A stretch of DNA of 50,335 nucleotides, the filler included, from Catajapyx aquilonaris (Eukaryota): assembly GCA_000934665.2 (NCBI GenBank). It is 2 parts of 2 records of this genome, joined end to end, with 100 filler letters (N's around TTAATTAATTAA, not from the genome) between each part and the next. Parts side by side here need not be neighbours in the genome. Positions count along the whole stretch, not along the records: positions 1 to 25,229 come from JYFJ02005428.1; positions 25,330 to 50,335 come from JYFJ02005429.1. The stretch is one strand, 5' to 3'. Each line of letters opens with the position of its first letter. Position 1 is the stretch's first letter. Both the position numbers and the translations under genes were made by a program. Below are positions 23,836 to 35,800 of this stretch, one piece after another. The notes beneath the pieces were generated by a model. The model was not told the origin of the DNA. It did not search any database and saw nothing but the letters and a program-made list of their open reading frames with translations.

Positions 23836-24305
23836 TAGTGTCCTTCATGCCACATGTCATACTGAAATATTGTACAAGAGATGACTGTCGTTACTAAATT
23901 TTCCTGCACCTTCTGAACAAGCACCACATCCTCTTTGTACAACTTTTCCTAAAAAATAAACAGATGTGTACCTATACAACAACATAACATGTTCCCATTA
24001 CTTGACCCAATAGTTGGACTAACCTGTCACTCTGAATAGGCGAATAACAATGGGCATCATATTATTCGATCAATAGTTGTGCAGTAATTTTAGTCTGGAG
24101 AAAAATATGGTTGGGAGGTTGCCAAGTACAGAGGAGCTTGCTGTACATCTAGTGCCATTATTTTTCATTAGAACAGGACATGCTGATTAACATATGCTGA
24201 CATACTTCCTGGTATAATCGCCGATAGAGCGAAGGAAGCAGATTAATAAGCAAGCTCACTCCCAAACGTTTGTCTGTCCAAGGAAGAGAAGCAATCAGTT
24301 GAGAT

Positions 24306-25009
24306 ATGGACTTTTCGTTGTCGATCCTCATTCTGTGCTGTTTCTGCGTGAATAACCACGTGTTAGCTCAACATTGGGACACTTTCGATGGAGGCCAGGC
24401 AGGGACCAAAAGGGACAGCAAACGAACGGGTGCCAAGGAGATGAACCTGGAACCATCAGTCATCAAATTAGTCGTCTCCTCCGTTAGGGAATCCCTAGAC
24501 CCAATATCGCTTCAGATACAAAGTTTGGACGAGAGGTTGCAATATGTGGAGCAGAACCTGCTGGAAAAATTTGAGAAAGTCGTCTTGAAAAAGGTTCTGG
24601 ACGCCACTTCATCCACCCTCAGGTTTGCCAAGCAGATCATATTATTTTATATTTAAAAGGGTAGCTCCACCCAAAAACAAGAAGAATACCTCTAATTTCA
24701 GTTGCTGCAAAGAGGGCCAAGCAGCCACTTCGCAAGTACTTGAATCTGTCAAAGGAAACCATAAAGTTATTCAGGTCAAAAAAAAAATACGTGTACAATA
24801 TCCAGAACATTATGACTTCTTGGTAATAATGAAAAATATTTTTTTGCTGCAGGATGCCGAGAAAAGAATCAAAGCCGAGGTTCAAAGTGTTTCAGATGCT
24901 GTGAAGTCACTGGTTAATGAATCGCAAATTGCAGCAACTGGTGAACAAGTGGACCGCATTTTGGAGCAATGCATCAGGGAAGATACAATTGTTGCAAGTT
25001 CAATACAGA
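24306..25009 (+). CDS. Tandem paralog of the coiled-coil-neck lectin, 3'-incomplete (exons 24306-24622, 24702-24774, 24853-25009)
   Basis: Same start context (TTGAGATATGGA) and a similar signal peptide. Shares SLQI.SL...VEQNL, SCCKE.Q, AE.RI.AEV and QVDRIL.QCIR, with the same phases at the shared introns. No lectin-domain exons are visible before or after the gap. Confidence 0.8.
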
Positions 25010-25130
25010 GTGAGTGCCTCTTTTGAGTCTAAAGTCTCATTCTCATCACCAATGATATCTCTGCAGTAGACCTATGAGGTTTTTATTTCTTTCACGGCAA
25101 AAATGACTTTTGTTAGATTGTGTTGCTACG

Positions 25131-25229
25131 TTGAAGGGGTGTTCAGTGGGTGATTTCAATGGGCTAACAGGTTTCTGGTCTGGTGTAGATGAAAGGGAGA
25201 GGGCTTGTGCAGGTGTGGGTATACTTATT
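25131..25229 (+). mobile_element. Fragment of a non-LTR retrotransposon AP-endonuclease (RTE-like)
   Basis: Translates as LKGCSVGDFNGLTGFWSGVDERERACAGVGILI, matching the WSGV...RA..GVGIL segment typical of RTE-clade endonucleases. It abuts the assembly gap. Confidence 0.7.
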
Positions 25230-25329
25230 NNNNNNNNNNNNNNNNNNNNNNNNNNNNNNNNNNNNNNNNNNNNTTAATTAATTAANNNNNNNNNNNNNNN
25301 NNNNNNNNNNNNNNNNNNNNNNNNNNNNN
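25230..25329. other. Assembly gap with artificial all-frame stop linker
   Basis: 44 N + TTAATTAATTAA + 44 N, exactly 100 nt. Confidence 0.95.
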
Positions 25330-26586
25330 TGTCTCACAGCAAATATTAACCAATAAGCCACTTATTCAGTATTCGCTTGTTTAGCTTTCCAAAATGAAGG
25401 TCTTTGGTATAGGCCATTGTAAGTGGCATAACATTTTATACAGTAGTTTTAAACATTGCCAAAAAAAAACAATACGCAAACCTGAAATGTCTGCGTTCAA
25501 GAAATGCACTGTTTAGTCTACTCCTTGCATCCAGACAAAGCCTTTGGAGAACACTGCTGCAAACGAAACCCAACTAACCGAAATACCAGCTAAGTAGTAT
25601 CTGCAAATGACGCTTACACCTGACGGCGCAAAATAAGGATCTGTGGTTCCATGTTGACAACCGTCTCCCAGCATGCTAAGGACGTATAGAGAGACACGGA
25701 GCATGCCTCCAGGGCTTTTCCTCTCCGAGTTTCGTAATATTCGAATTTACTAAGCTCATTACATTACAAAGCGATGACAATCAGTTCGACAAGAACGTAA
25801 TTAGCGCGTCTCATGTGGATGGAAATTAAAGTCGATAATCGCTACGTATAAAGACTCAAAATAATTGTAAAAAAGTGAATTGCGATTTGTAGAATTTCAA
25901 TCACACCGACACAAAAGGAGTCATAATTTGATACTAAACGGTTGAAACTATTTCTTCCTGTACATCAGTACCAAAGTAATATTTCAATTTATAATACTCA
26001 CAGTGAGTGCTAATTAATATATCAGGCCGCTGCAGGATATGAGAAGTTCACACATGCGCAAGACGCCTCTTGGAATGGTTGATTTTCCTAGAAAGATATA
26101 ATAAACGACATTAATTTATGAACAGGCGTAAAACATATTTACAAATGTAAAACAATGCAGAACTAGTGCAATAAATAATCGTGTGTAGTTTTCTGCGCAT
26201 TTTCAAAGGCGACAAAATGGCAAATGTCATTATAAAAATCCATCAGGTAAGAAACGAGTCACGGAATTGAGTTATTTAAAAAATAAAAGCTACAGCGTCC
26301 AATTGTCTTCTTCATCATTTCTGCACGAAATTGTGTCATTGCTCATCCAGGATGCCAACAGGTATTTACAAAAGTTAATTATTCTCAAGTTGCATGGCAA
26401 CCCAATTACACACACCGGATAATTGTCGTCACTCCGCAGGGTGAAGGACAAACTGCTGCACAACTTTGGAACTACGCCGAAGGTATAAGCTCCAGTTCTT
26501 GTTTAAAAACCTATATAATTCCATATTACAATGAAACATTTTTCAACTTGCAGTCCTTGCGTCTCACACAAATTTTGTGGTGAACA

Positions 26587-28262
26587 ATGGAGAAACGCTT
26601 TTCGCTAGAAAAAGGGTGCATTTGGACCTTGGTGGCGAATCTCGACCGATGGTGCAAATACAAGCGAAAGACCCCTTTCGCAGACGTGCGTAAGTGAATT
26701 TTGCGATTTCAGGCCATTTCTAGGAAATGTCTAAAAATTTAAAATACGTCGTAACCTGATTAGCTAAGTTGATTTCGCAAATCTTTTCAGCTCTGGTGCT
26801 AATTGAAACCCTGTTTCAAAAGACCCGAGAGTTAGAAGTGTCATTGAAAACGTACCATCTGAAGTGTCTGATCGTTCCGCACACGCAAGTAATTAGCAAT
26901 CGAGGACAAGTCTGGGATAAGTCTGTGTCAGTCGCTAACATCTTGAAATTTTCAGCAGCTCAGTGTCAGGTAGCTGATAAAAACACGCTCAGTCTCTTTC
27001 CCAGTGTCTAATCGATTCTTTTGATTTATACAGAACTTGAAGGTGCTCGATCTGGTTGGTCTCACAATTCGGGACAAAAGCATCACATCCGCGCTTCCAG
27101 ATTTCCATAACCTGGAGACTCTGTGGCTCACAAATTCTGTAAATATCACTGATCACATCCTGTCTGTTGTTGGAGATCACATGCATAACATCAGGTATAA
27201 TCAGATTAGCTTAATATTTTTTTGAATCGACTATTAATATTCAACTCTTGCAGATCATTGAACCTGGATGGATGCCAAAAGATATCTGATGATGGAGTGT
27301 CCAACTTGTGCCTCGGAGAAGACAAGAAAGGGCATCACAGGTGCCCAAAACTAGAAGACTTGCGTCTGAGCGGCACCAGAGTGACCCACGCAGGAATTCA
27401 GAGGATTCTTCGTCACTATCCAAACCTTAAAAACTTGCAGCATCCCCTCACAGCTCTGGCAGTTGGACGTCTTCTCATCCCCAGAACAGCTCCAAGATAC
27501 CACTTGCAGCACATTAGACTCCCCATCGCCGATCCAGCCAAGGAGGACAACCTGGTTCGATGCCTGGAACTGACTCCGACCACATCCAGCTTGTGCATCG
27601 CATTCTACTGCAACATGGCGGAAAATCTGAGGGAACGACTGCTGAGAATGACGAACATCACTTCGCTGGAGTTCACACAACACGACTCTTTCCGTAGCGA
27701 CGACGTGTTCAGAAGCGACGTGTTGCCTCTGCTGATTGCACATGGGGACAGGATGAAATCGCTGGCTTTTTCAAACCTGAAGTCGATCAACATTGACGCC
27801 ATCGGACAGCTGTGCAAAAACCTGACGACACTGAAAATCCATAGTGCAGTGAACTTCTACGCTCCAGTCGACATAAGCCACGATTCAAACGTCTCTTTTT
27901 CCAAACTGGTCGAGATGTCCATTCGGTGTCAGAATGCTGACATCACTGCCAAGAGCATGAAATCCATGCTGTCATCACATGACATGAAGAAGCTCACGTT
28001 CGACGGCGTGGGTGCCCTTTGTGACGCCATCTTGATAGAAGTTTCCAGGCGAATACCGGAGCCCAAGTGGGAATACTTGCACATCACTCACTGCAACAAT
28101 GTATCGCTTCCTCCGATCATCAGGCTCATGTCTCCAAGTGCCCATAACATAAGTTTGCTGTGGGAGTCCTGCGATCTCATAGGCACACCTCTACAACACG
28201 AGGTGGTCGCAATGATTAAAGAAGCACACCCTTGGAGGCTGACGTTAGTGCGATCTGTCTAA
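26587..28262 (+). CDS. BC-box-like + LRR protein, tandem copy 1; exons 26587-26689, 26791-26969, 27034-27194, 27254-28262
   Basis: MEKRFSLEKGCIWTLVANLD...PFADVPLVLIETL; LRRs NLKVLDL, LETLWLTN, SLNLDGCQKISDDGV, CPKLEDLRLSGTRVT. Intron phases 1/0/2. AATAAA at 28427. Confidence 0.87.
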
Positions 28263-28719
28263 GCCAATCCAACAGTGATTTACGTTTTACAACTAGTCTA
28301 CATCAGGAAAAGTGGGTTTAGGTGGAGTTTTACAAAGCTACCTGAAACCGCTATTCATTTGATGTATGCAGTGTACAGCACTAATCATGTTTACCTATGT
28401 TCATACTTTACAACAGCATTTATGCGAATAAAGTATATCCAAAAACATGGAAAGGGTTCAGTGTTGTCATTAGTAGTTGTACTGTACAGGAACTTCAGTT
28501 TTTAAAAATCTGACATTTTCTAGCCAACAATAAATTATTGCATCTAAAACTGTCCTCGTATCAAAAACAATTGCAGGCATCAACAATTATTAAAGCCACA
28601 AATGTCAAACAGCGGTTTACCAAGCAACGAACTCTCTGTGATTAGAAGACTCTTTATTGCAGAAAAGCTACAAAAAGTTGCTAAAATTTTAATTTTTATC
28701 TTGAAGATTTCGGCATAAA

Positions 28720-30881
28720 ATGATGGATCCCACAATGTGGTAATACATTATTTTCTCTCAAGTACTCGAACAGTTTTAAAAATGCGTGGTAAATCTCGCA
28801 CTAATAATAATGTAATATGGAATAATGTGTTTTTTTTGTAGGTAGTCTCAATTTTGGAGGACTGTCATTTTTGCTACTCATCGTCATATATTTTAGGTTC
28901 CTCTCACAGATTATGTGAAATTTCAGGAAACCAGTGAGAAAAGAGGCTCAATTTACGACCCTAGAATTCCTGTGCCTGGAAGTTATTGGCATGAATATAG
29001 ACGCGTTGTGCTCCCAATGCAATGAAAAAACCAACCCATTTCGAAATATGCGTGAGTACTGTATTTAGCATAATAATAAAAAATTCACTGATAAGTTTAA
29101 ATTATGCAACATGCGAGATTGCTAGTCGTGCAATGATGACCACAATTTTCCTTCATTAAGTCAAAATCCTAACAATACCAAAGCAATTACCATATGTCAG
29201 CCTGACTTGTATACTTTTTCCTCAGCCGCAGCACTTCTTTCAAAAATAAACGCTTGGATTAAAATATACCGGACGCCAATTACAAAGCACCACTTAAATA
29301 TGCTGCTTGTGCCGCATACCACTACATTTCTCTCTAACGGTTACACGTGGAAAGAGAACATCTCTATGCGACAGGTTCTGATGTCCTCAATAGCAAATTG
29401 TCATGTAAGTATACAGTCCTGCAGTTGGGGGTATCTAATTGTTCGATAGTATATGTTCAAGTCTTTAAAAAACCATCTTAACCATTTCATGCAGTACCTG
29501 ACAAAATTAGAGCTGGACGGAATCATTCCGGGAGACAGGACGCTGCAAGCAGTACTGCCATTCTTACGGCGACTGTTGACTCTGCATGTCACGAACTGTG
29601 ACAATGTCACTGATCGACTTATGATGGTCATAGGCGACTTCTTATGTGAACTAAAGTGAGGTTGATTATGAAACTACGTGCAATTAATATCAATAAGTGT
29701 ACCTCTAATATAATTATAATTAATTGCTTGAATTTATCCACACACTTACATAATTAAGTAATTATCTTCCTCTGCGCGGTTTTGCCTCTGGAAAATATGC
29801 TACCATGTATCGCGTAATATCAAAGGTGCTTCTGAAAACTTTCCCTTCCAGAGACCTGAGCCTGAACGGATGTCACATGATAACCGACAGTGGCATAAGG
29901 CGGCTATGTCGAGGAAGAGGCTCCTCCGACCCCAATAAGCGGTGTCCCAAACTGGTCCGAGTCAACCTGGCCAACACGTCCGTGAAGCCCAAGGGTCTGA
30001 GGCTGCTCCTGAGGACCCGACCGAACCTGGGACTCCTGATACACGAGGAGTCCGCATACGCCGTGGGCACCATGCTGTACGACGCGGAAGAGGAGCCCAT
30101 CCGATTCCGCCTGAAGCACCTCCAGCTGACAGTCAACCAGGACGTCTCTCCCGATGTCCTTAGCCAATGCATCAGAGACTGCCCCGACCTGATCAGCTTC
30201 AGCGTCGTCATTTCATGCCCCGAGCCCCGACGCATCTTGTCCCCACTGGAGAGCCATCCTGGGTTGCTTCGAATGCAGTTCATCGGAGGCAGACCAGAGG
30301 TCCTAAACACTGATCTGTTCTTCAACGGAATAGTCCCGCTGCTGACGGTCCATGGCAAGACACTCCAGGACCTATCCTTAGACACGCTGCCGGCCATACA
30401 CATCGACACAGTGGGACAGCTCTGTCCGGTACTCAAGATCCTCCGCCTCCACACGGTGCCGATCTTCTACGTTGATCAGTCCCAGCCGTTGGAGGCGTAC
30501 CGGCCGAAAGCCCAGTTCATGTCCCTGGTCGACCTGTTCGTCAGGTCGTCCGGGTCGGACATCACGTCCGAAACCTGCGCGGCCCTTCTGTCGTCGCCGA
30601 ACCTGGAGAGGGTGGTTCTTCGGTGCTTGGCCTGCCTGAACGACGAGGTGCTGCGGGAGGTCTTCTCCAAGAACCAGGTGGTCAAATGGGGCGACGTGGA
30701 ACTTTTAGGGTGCAACGAAGTGTCCATCCAGGCCTTCCTGCCGGTAATGCAGAACTGCACTTCGGTGTCCTTCATCTGCTGCCAGAAGATACATGACATA
30801 AGACCTGAAGAAGTGCTGCGATTGGTCCGTAAGGTCAACCCGAAGATAACGTTAGGGAGAAGAAACTGCAGAAGTGTCTAA
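28720..30881 (+). CDS. BC-box-like + LRR protein, tandem copy 2; exons 28720-28739 (tentative), 28927-29051, 29226-29404, 29495-29655, 29852-30881
   Basis: TTLEFLCLEVIGMNID...NPFRNMPAALL; LRRs YLTKLEL, DLSLNGCHMITDSGI, CPKLVRVNLANTSV. Phases 1/0/2 as in copy 1. The first coding exon is uncertain. Confidence 0.85.
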
Positions 30882-31114
30882 AGTCTATGCAAGCTTCTAA
30901 GCAACATATAAGCTGTTTATAAAAATTGCTCGTGAGTACCAAAAATATCCGCAACAATCACTTCAATAGGTCAGCACATTTCATTGCGTAGTAACATGCA
31001 GAGTTTCCATTTGGCATGTGTAGTTTTACAGATCGTTTAAATTTATCGTATGAAGAATCGACTACCAGATCACAGGAATCTGTGAAAATCTTCAGTGAAA
31101 AATAAGTTCGTAAA

Positions 31115-32851
31115 ATGCACTGCAGTATTTCACTAAAACTAATATGTGTGGAGTACATCGCCAAAAACCTGGACTTCTGGTGTATGGAAGAAAACAGATA
31201 CTCCACTCCAAGTCTATTTGAACTGCGTAAGTAACATGAGTTACCACTAACCCGAGCATCTACCACACAAATCCGCTAATTTCAGCATGGTGCCTACTGA
31301 AGAGCATTATCAAAGAAATCAAAGATAAAGAAATATGCTTAAGAGAACGTCACCTGGATCGCCTCCTGGTTCCTTATTCTCCGGAGTTATCAAATCGAGG
31401 GCACAACTGGCATCACACTATTGACATTTCGTTCATCCTACATTTGGCAGCAATTAGATGTAAGGTCAGTAAAAAAATTATTTGACGTGTTTTTCTGACT
31501 TGCACAGAACCGCTATTACATTTCAGTACCTAAGAGTTCTAGATCTGGACTGTATCAGGATCCAAGAAAAAGTGTGGCAACATGTCATTCCGAAATTCGC
31601 CAAACTTGAAATTTTGTGGGTCACTAGCTCTAATATCACCGATCGCAATTTGGACGCCGTGGGACGTTACTTGATAAAACTCAGGTAAAGATATAATTAC
31701 AGAACATCGATGAATGTCGATTGACAATATTACGCAATTTGCCAACAGATTATGCAGAAAAATCATTGTAGCTGATTTTCTTAGACCTCCACCTTCTTAA
31801 AACTTTCAGGTCTTTAAACCTGGCAGAGTGTCCTAACATTTCGGACAAGGGCATGTTCAACCTCTGCGTGGGAACCACAAATGATTCAGGCCCTGCGAAA
31901 CGCTGTCCCACTTTGGAAACACTCTACCTGAAAAACACGAGGGTAGGAATCGACGGATTGCACTGCGTCTTGAAGCACCTGAATCGTCTGCTTCGTTTCC
32001 AACACTGCGACGCCGGTTTGGCCGTCGGAACACTGGACCACAACGGACCGACGGAGACGCAACTAACAAACTATCGATTCAGAGAACTGGAGTTTGAAAT
32101 TGGGCGACTAATGAGGGAGGACATTTTGCAGAAAGTTGTGGCCATGTGTCCCGAACTGACTCATCTGGTGGTCACGATCGACAGTCAAGTGTCGCCATTT
32201 TTGCTGTCAGTTCTAGCCAACTTTCAGATGCTTCGAGGACTAAGCATCACCGATCGTGGCGAGTACGTCACATCCGATGCTTTCGAACTAGGCATACTGC
32301 CCATACTAACCGCTCGAGGTGACAACATAACCACAGTGAGACTACAAGGGGTACGTTCCATCAACCTACACATCATAGGTCAACTATGCGTTAACTTGAA
32401 AACATTGAAGCTCGGTGGCGTTGAGCATTACAGCGTTAGTGTTCAATTACAATCGCATGGCCAGCAAGAGCTATTTCCGGTTCTGACAGACTTGTACGTA
32501 GCTTTTGACATCATAAGCTACGATCTGACTGACGCGAGTTACATGTCGCTGTTGGCATCGCCCAGTTTGAGGGACGTGCAGGTACTGAACTCTGAGCGTT
32601 TGACAACCGGCTTCCTGATGGGCGTTATCGGACTCAACCCCAATCCTTCGTGGCGCACCCTTGAATTTGTGGCCTGTTGTCACCTGACCATAGAAGCGTT
32701 TAAAGAGATTCTCCACCATCAGAACAGCAACCTTAGACTGATTACATTTCAGTTCTGTCCCAATATAACTGAAGGTGACGTATCAGACCTGAACCAAATT
32801 ATGAAACGAAACGGATTGAAAACCAAAATTAAGCATATCCGCTGGAACTAA
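31115..32851 (+). CDS. BC-box-like + LRR protein, tandem copy 3; exons 31115-31226, 31286-31464, 31527-31684, 31810-32851
   Basis: MHCSISLKLICVEYIAKNLD...LFELPWCLLKSI; LRRs YLRVLDL, SLNLAECPNISDKGM, CPTLETLYLKNTRV. Phases 1/0/2. AATAAA at 32891. Confidence 0.87.
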
Positions 32852-35800
32852 TGTTTCTTCAGAGTCACTGTCGCACAAAACATGATCAGTAATAAATCAC
32901 ATCAAACTCTCCATGCGTCTATTATTATCCTAATTGCAATAGCTGAAGGGCTCTGGATAAAAACATGTTAACCGCCAGTTATCCCGAGCCCTATTTCTAC
33001 TTACAGTAAGTAGACCAGGCTACTCATGTTAAATCCATGCTAATTACAATAATAGCAAAGGTGTAACTAAGATGAGCAATTTTTGCAAACCACAAGCACC
33101 AACAAAAATCCAGGCTATAATCTCGCTCTAATTCTTAAAGCTTCGATCGCTCTTTAGAGGCTTGCCATAATCCTACATATTCCCATCACACCTTACTTAC
33201 CACTCAAGGGGTGCTTATATTTTCTCACAAATTTTAATCTACGCTCTAACTTTTGCACACACAAAAAAAAAACTATGGAAGGAGCTTACGAACTAGCGAT
33301 TTATAAATTTTTTTTTCGCTCCCTTCTCGCTTCTCATGCAAGCACGCTCTTGCCTAATTGGACGATCCAGTTCGCATATTCATTCCCTGAAGCTGCAATA
33401 AATTCATTAGAAAAGTTAAGGCAGCTCCATTTCAATTCAGTTTTTTCGCCTTAAAAAAAATGCAAGGGGTCCTGATTTTTCTCACTTGAAAAGTCGTCGA
33501 GTTCATCTCAAGCGTTGCGACATTTTTTTTTTCTTCAGATCCCCCCCTCCCCTCCCACCAGTTCTTCTTCTTGGTCGGATTCAGAGGATTCCTTACCCGG
33601 ATCGAAGTGAAACTTGGCTAGGATTACGGTAGGGTGTGAGATTTTCCGGATGTGCCTTGGTGAAAAGGAGCCAAGGTTGCTAGAGATGGGCTTGGAATCG
33701 ACATCTTTTTCCGCCAGCTTTAATGGTTGGAGGGATGACGCTTGGGCCTAAAATCCATTTAAGGTCCTGGCGAAAGTGCTGTGCGAATTAATTCCATGGT
33801 CTCAGAAAAGGAGAGGAGGGGGAGTTTAAGATGAGACGTTGTTTTAATTGAACATTCAATTTTCATGAGATCTTGCGGGCTCAGCGCCCTGATTGCGGGT
33901 TATTGTTGCTGAGTCGCGATTTAGGCTGGATATAGGCTGAATAGCAATAGCTTACAGAGTAAGTGGCTAGGAAATGTCTGAATTAGATATAATTTTGGTT
34001 AATAAACGAGCACTTGAACATCTTAAAATGTCATTTGTCATTACCAATATCTGCAACACCTTTTATCATATTAATCTAGTTCTCTCCATGTTCGCGTGGT
34101 TTTTCTCGGGGCTCCCACAACTAAAATCCATCACAGCCCATTCATAATGAATATTAATTTATGCATCCAAGGTTGTGCACACAATTAGCCGAGTAAATAG
34201 CACAGGAAGATCATTATGAAAAATTATTCGTATGCATGATGAAGTGTCTCTAAACGAACTATTGTGCTTAGTACAAAAGTTTGCTCTTTCATGACTCCTG
34301 CAGTTAAATATTTATACGGTGTCGCATCATTTTCTCTGATTACCATAAAACGCTTGTCAACTTACGTCCTTCACCCAAATTGTGCGTCTTTTTAAAAGGT
34401 GTGGGGGGGGGGGATTCATTTCCATTCATGTCTCTCCCGCACCTGACTCCAAAAAAGTAGCTATTACACAGTAGTGTCCCACTTTTTCAGCCAAAAGGAT
34501 GTGAGAGCTCTCTCTCATAACCCTGTGAGAAAACGTCATTCATTCCGACCGTTGTTGACATCAGCATATTACCATCGGGACATGTGAAAATGTCTTTTCG
34601 GATGCAAATTTAGCCCTCTTTAAAAATTTGGATTTTAGATTATTATCCTAGCTTCTCGGGAGATTCGTCTTCCGAAATGATTTCGCCTGAGGGGCTGTGG
34701 TCATTATGACTTTGTAGACGAATTCATATCTACACTGGGGGAGGGAAAGAGGCGGGTGGGGGTAGGATTGAATTTCTGGGGCCCATTACCGCAGGTTATT
34801 AGCGTCAGTACTAATTGCCTCAAAAGTTCTTACAGAAGTGCGAACACTTGACGGCTCCAACTATACGGGCTGCCGAGTGAAATTTTGCCAATTTTTGGGC
34901 TTGGTGCTTCCAACTTTATGCAATTTTAATTTAATTATGAAATATTATGTGTACCTACACAAGCGGTTGGCTAATTTGCTGATTCTCGTATTTAATATAA
35001 ATAATCTAGATACAGATTACATTAGTTTCGTGTATCAGCACCAATCATCTGTCTTGTAACCAAACCCAAACATTCTCTCGGGCGTTACCTTTTCACCAGC
35101 TTAATGGGCACAGCCACTAATGACCAAATGATGAGTGGAGGTAATCACACCCTCGCCTTTAATAAATTTAATAGCCCATGGTTTCTGTCCTCCCAGAAAA
35201 CGTGCTCGCGAAAATTACCTTTCGAAGCAAAAGGATGAAATTGAATTCCACGTTTGTCCTTCACCATTCTGGACGACTTAAAAGCAAAGGGCATTGTGCA
35301 GTATCCATATCTGCTGTTGACAACCGACCCTTACGAAACAAGGCTTTGTTCTCTTCCTTTTTTGGTGGGTTTTCTATTGTTGAGAGCACTTTAGTTGCTC
35401 GCGGCTTCCAAAAAAGGAATCAAAAACGTTGCTGAAAAATCCTGGGGAATCGAATAAGTCAAGCAAATAAGACTTGCAGAGAGCGAGAGAGAGAGGTAAA
35501 AAGGTGAATGGGAGTTGGCATTTATTTGTCCCTGCGCCATCGATTACGTTACGGTGAACCTTTCCTACCCTCCCTACCCATAATGCAAATGAGCTCCCTA
35601 ATTTTAGGATGAGTGAGCAAACCCTCCCCTTTTATACCCCCTTACTATAGACTTCTGAAACGAGACCGCCAGGTTTTTTTTCATTCGCTTTGAAGCAGAC
35701 CCTGTCATACCTTACTTTGCTTTTTGGGGAGGAAACGACTTTCCACTAAAGAAAACATGCCCGTAGGGGCACGTGGTTGGCTTATAACAGCTTATTTTCA

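Noticed and set aside
25274..25285. TTAATTAATTAA palindrome
   Set aside because: Centred exactly in a 100-nt N gap, so an artificial scaffolding linker.
26581..26583. In-frame TGA as selenocysteine
   Set aside because: No redox-motif context and no SECIS-like hairpin recognised in the 3' UTR. Kept only as a uORF or read-through question.
29873..30838. Long antisense ORFs over LRR copy 2 (similar ones over SLC22 and GIPC exon 1)
   Set aside because: Shadows of GC-rich sense-strand coding sequence with no independent protein signal.
26587..32851. Calling the LRR genes F-box (FBXL) proteins
   Set aside because: The LP-like motif is not followed by the rest of the F-box consensus (IFSYL...VCKRW), and an upstream BC-box-like motif is present in every copy.
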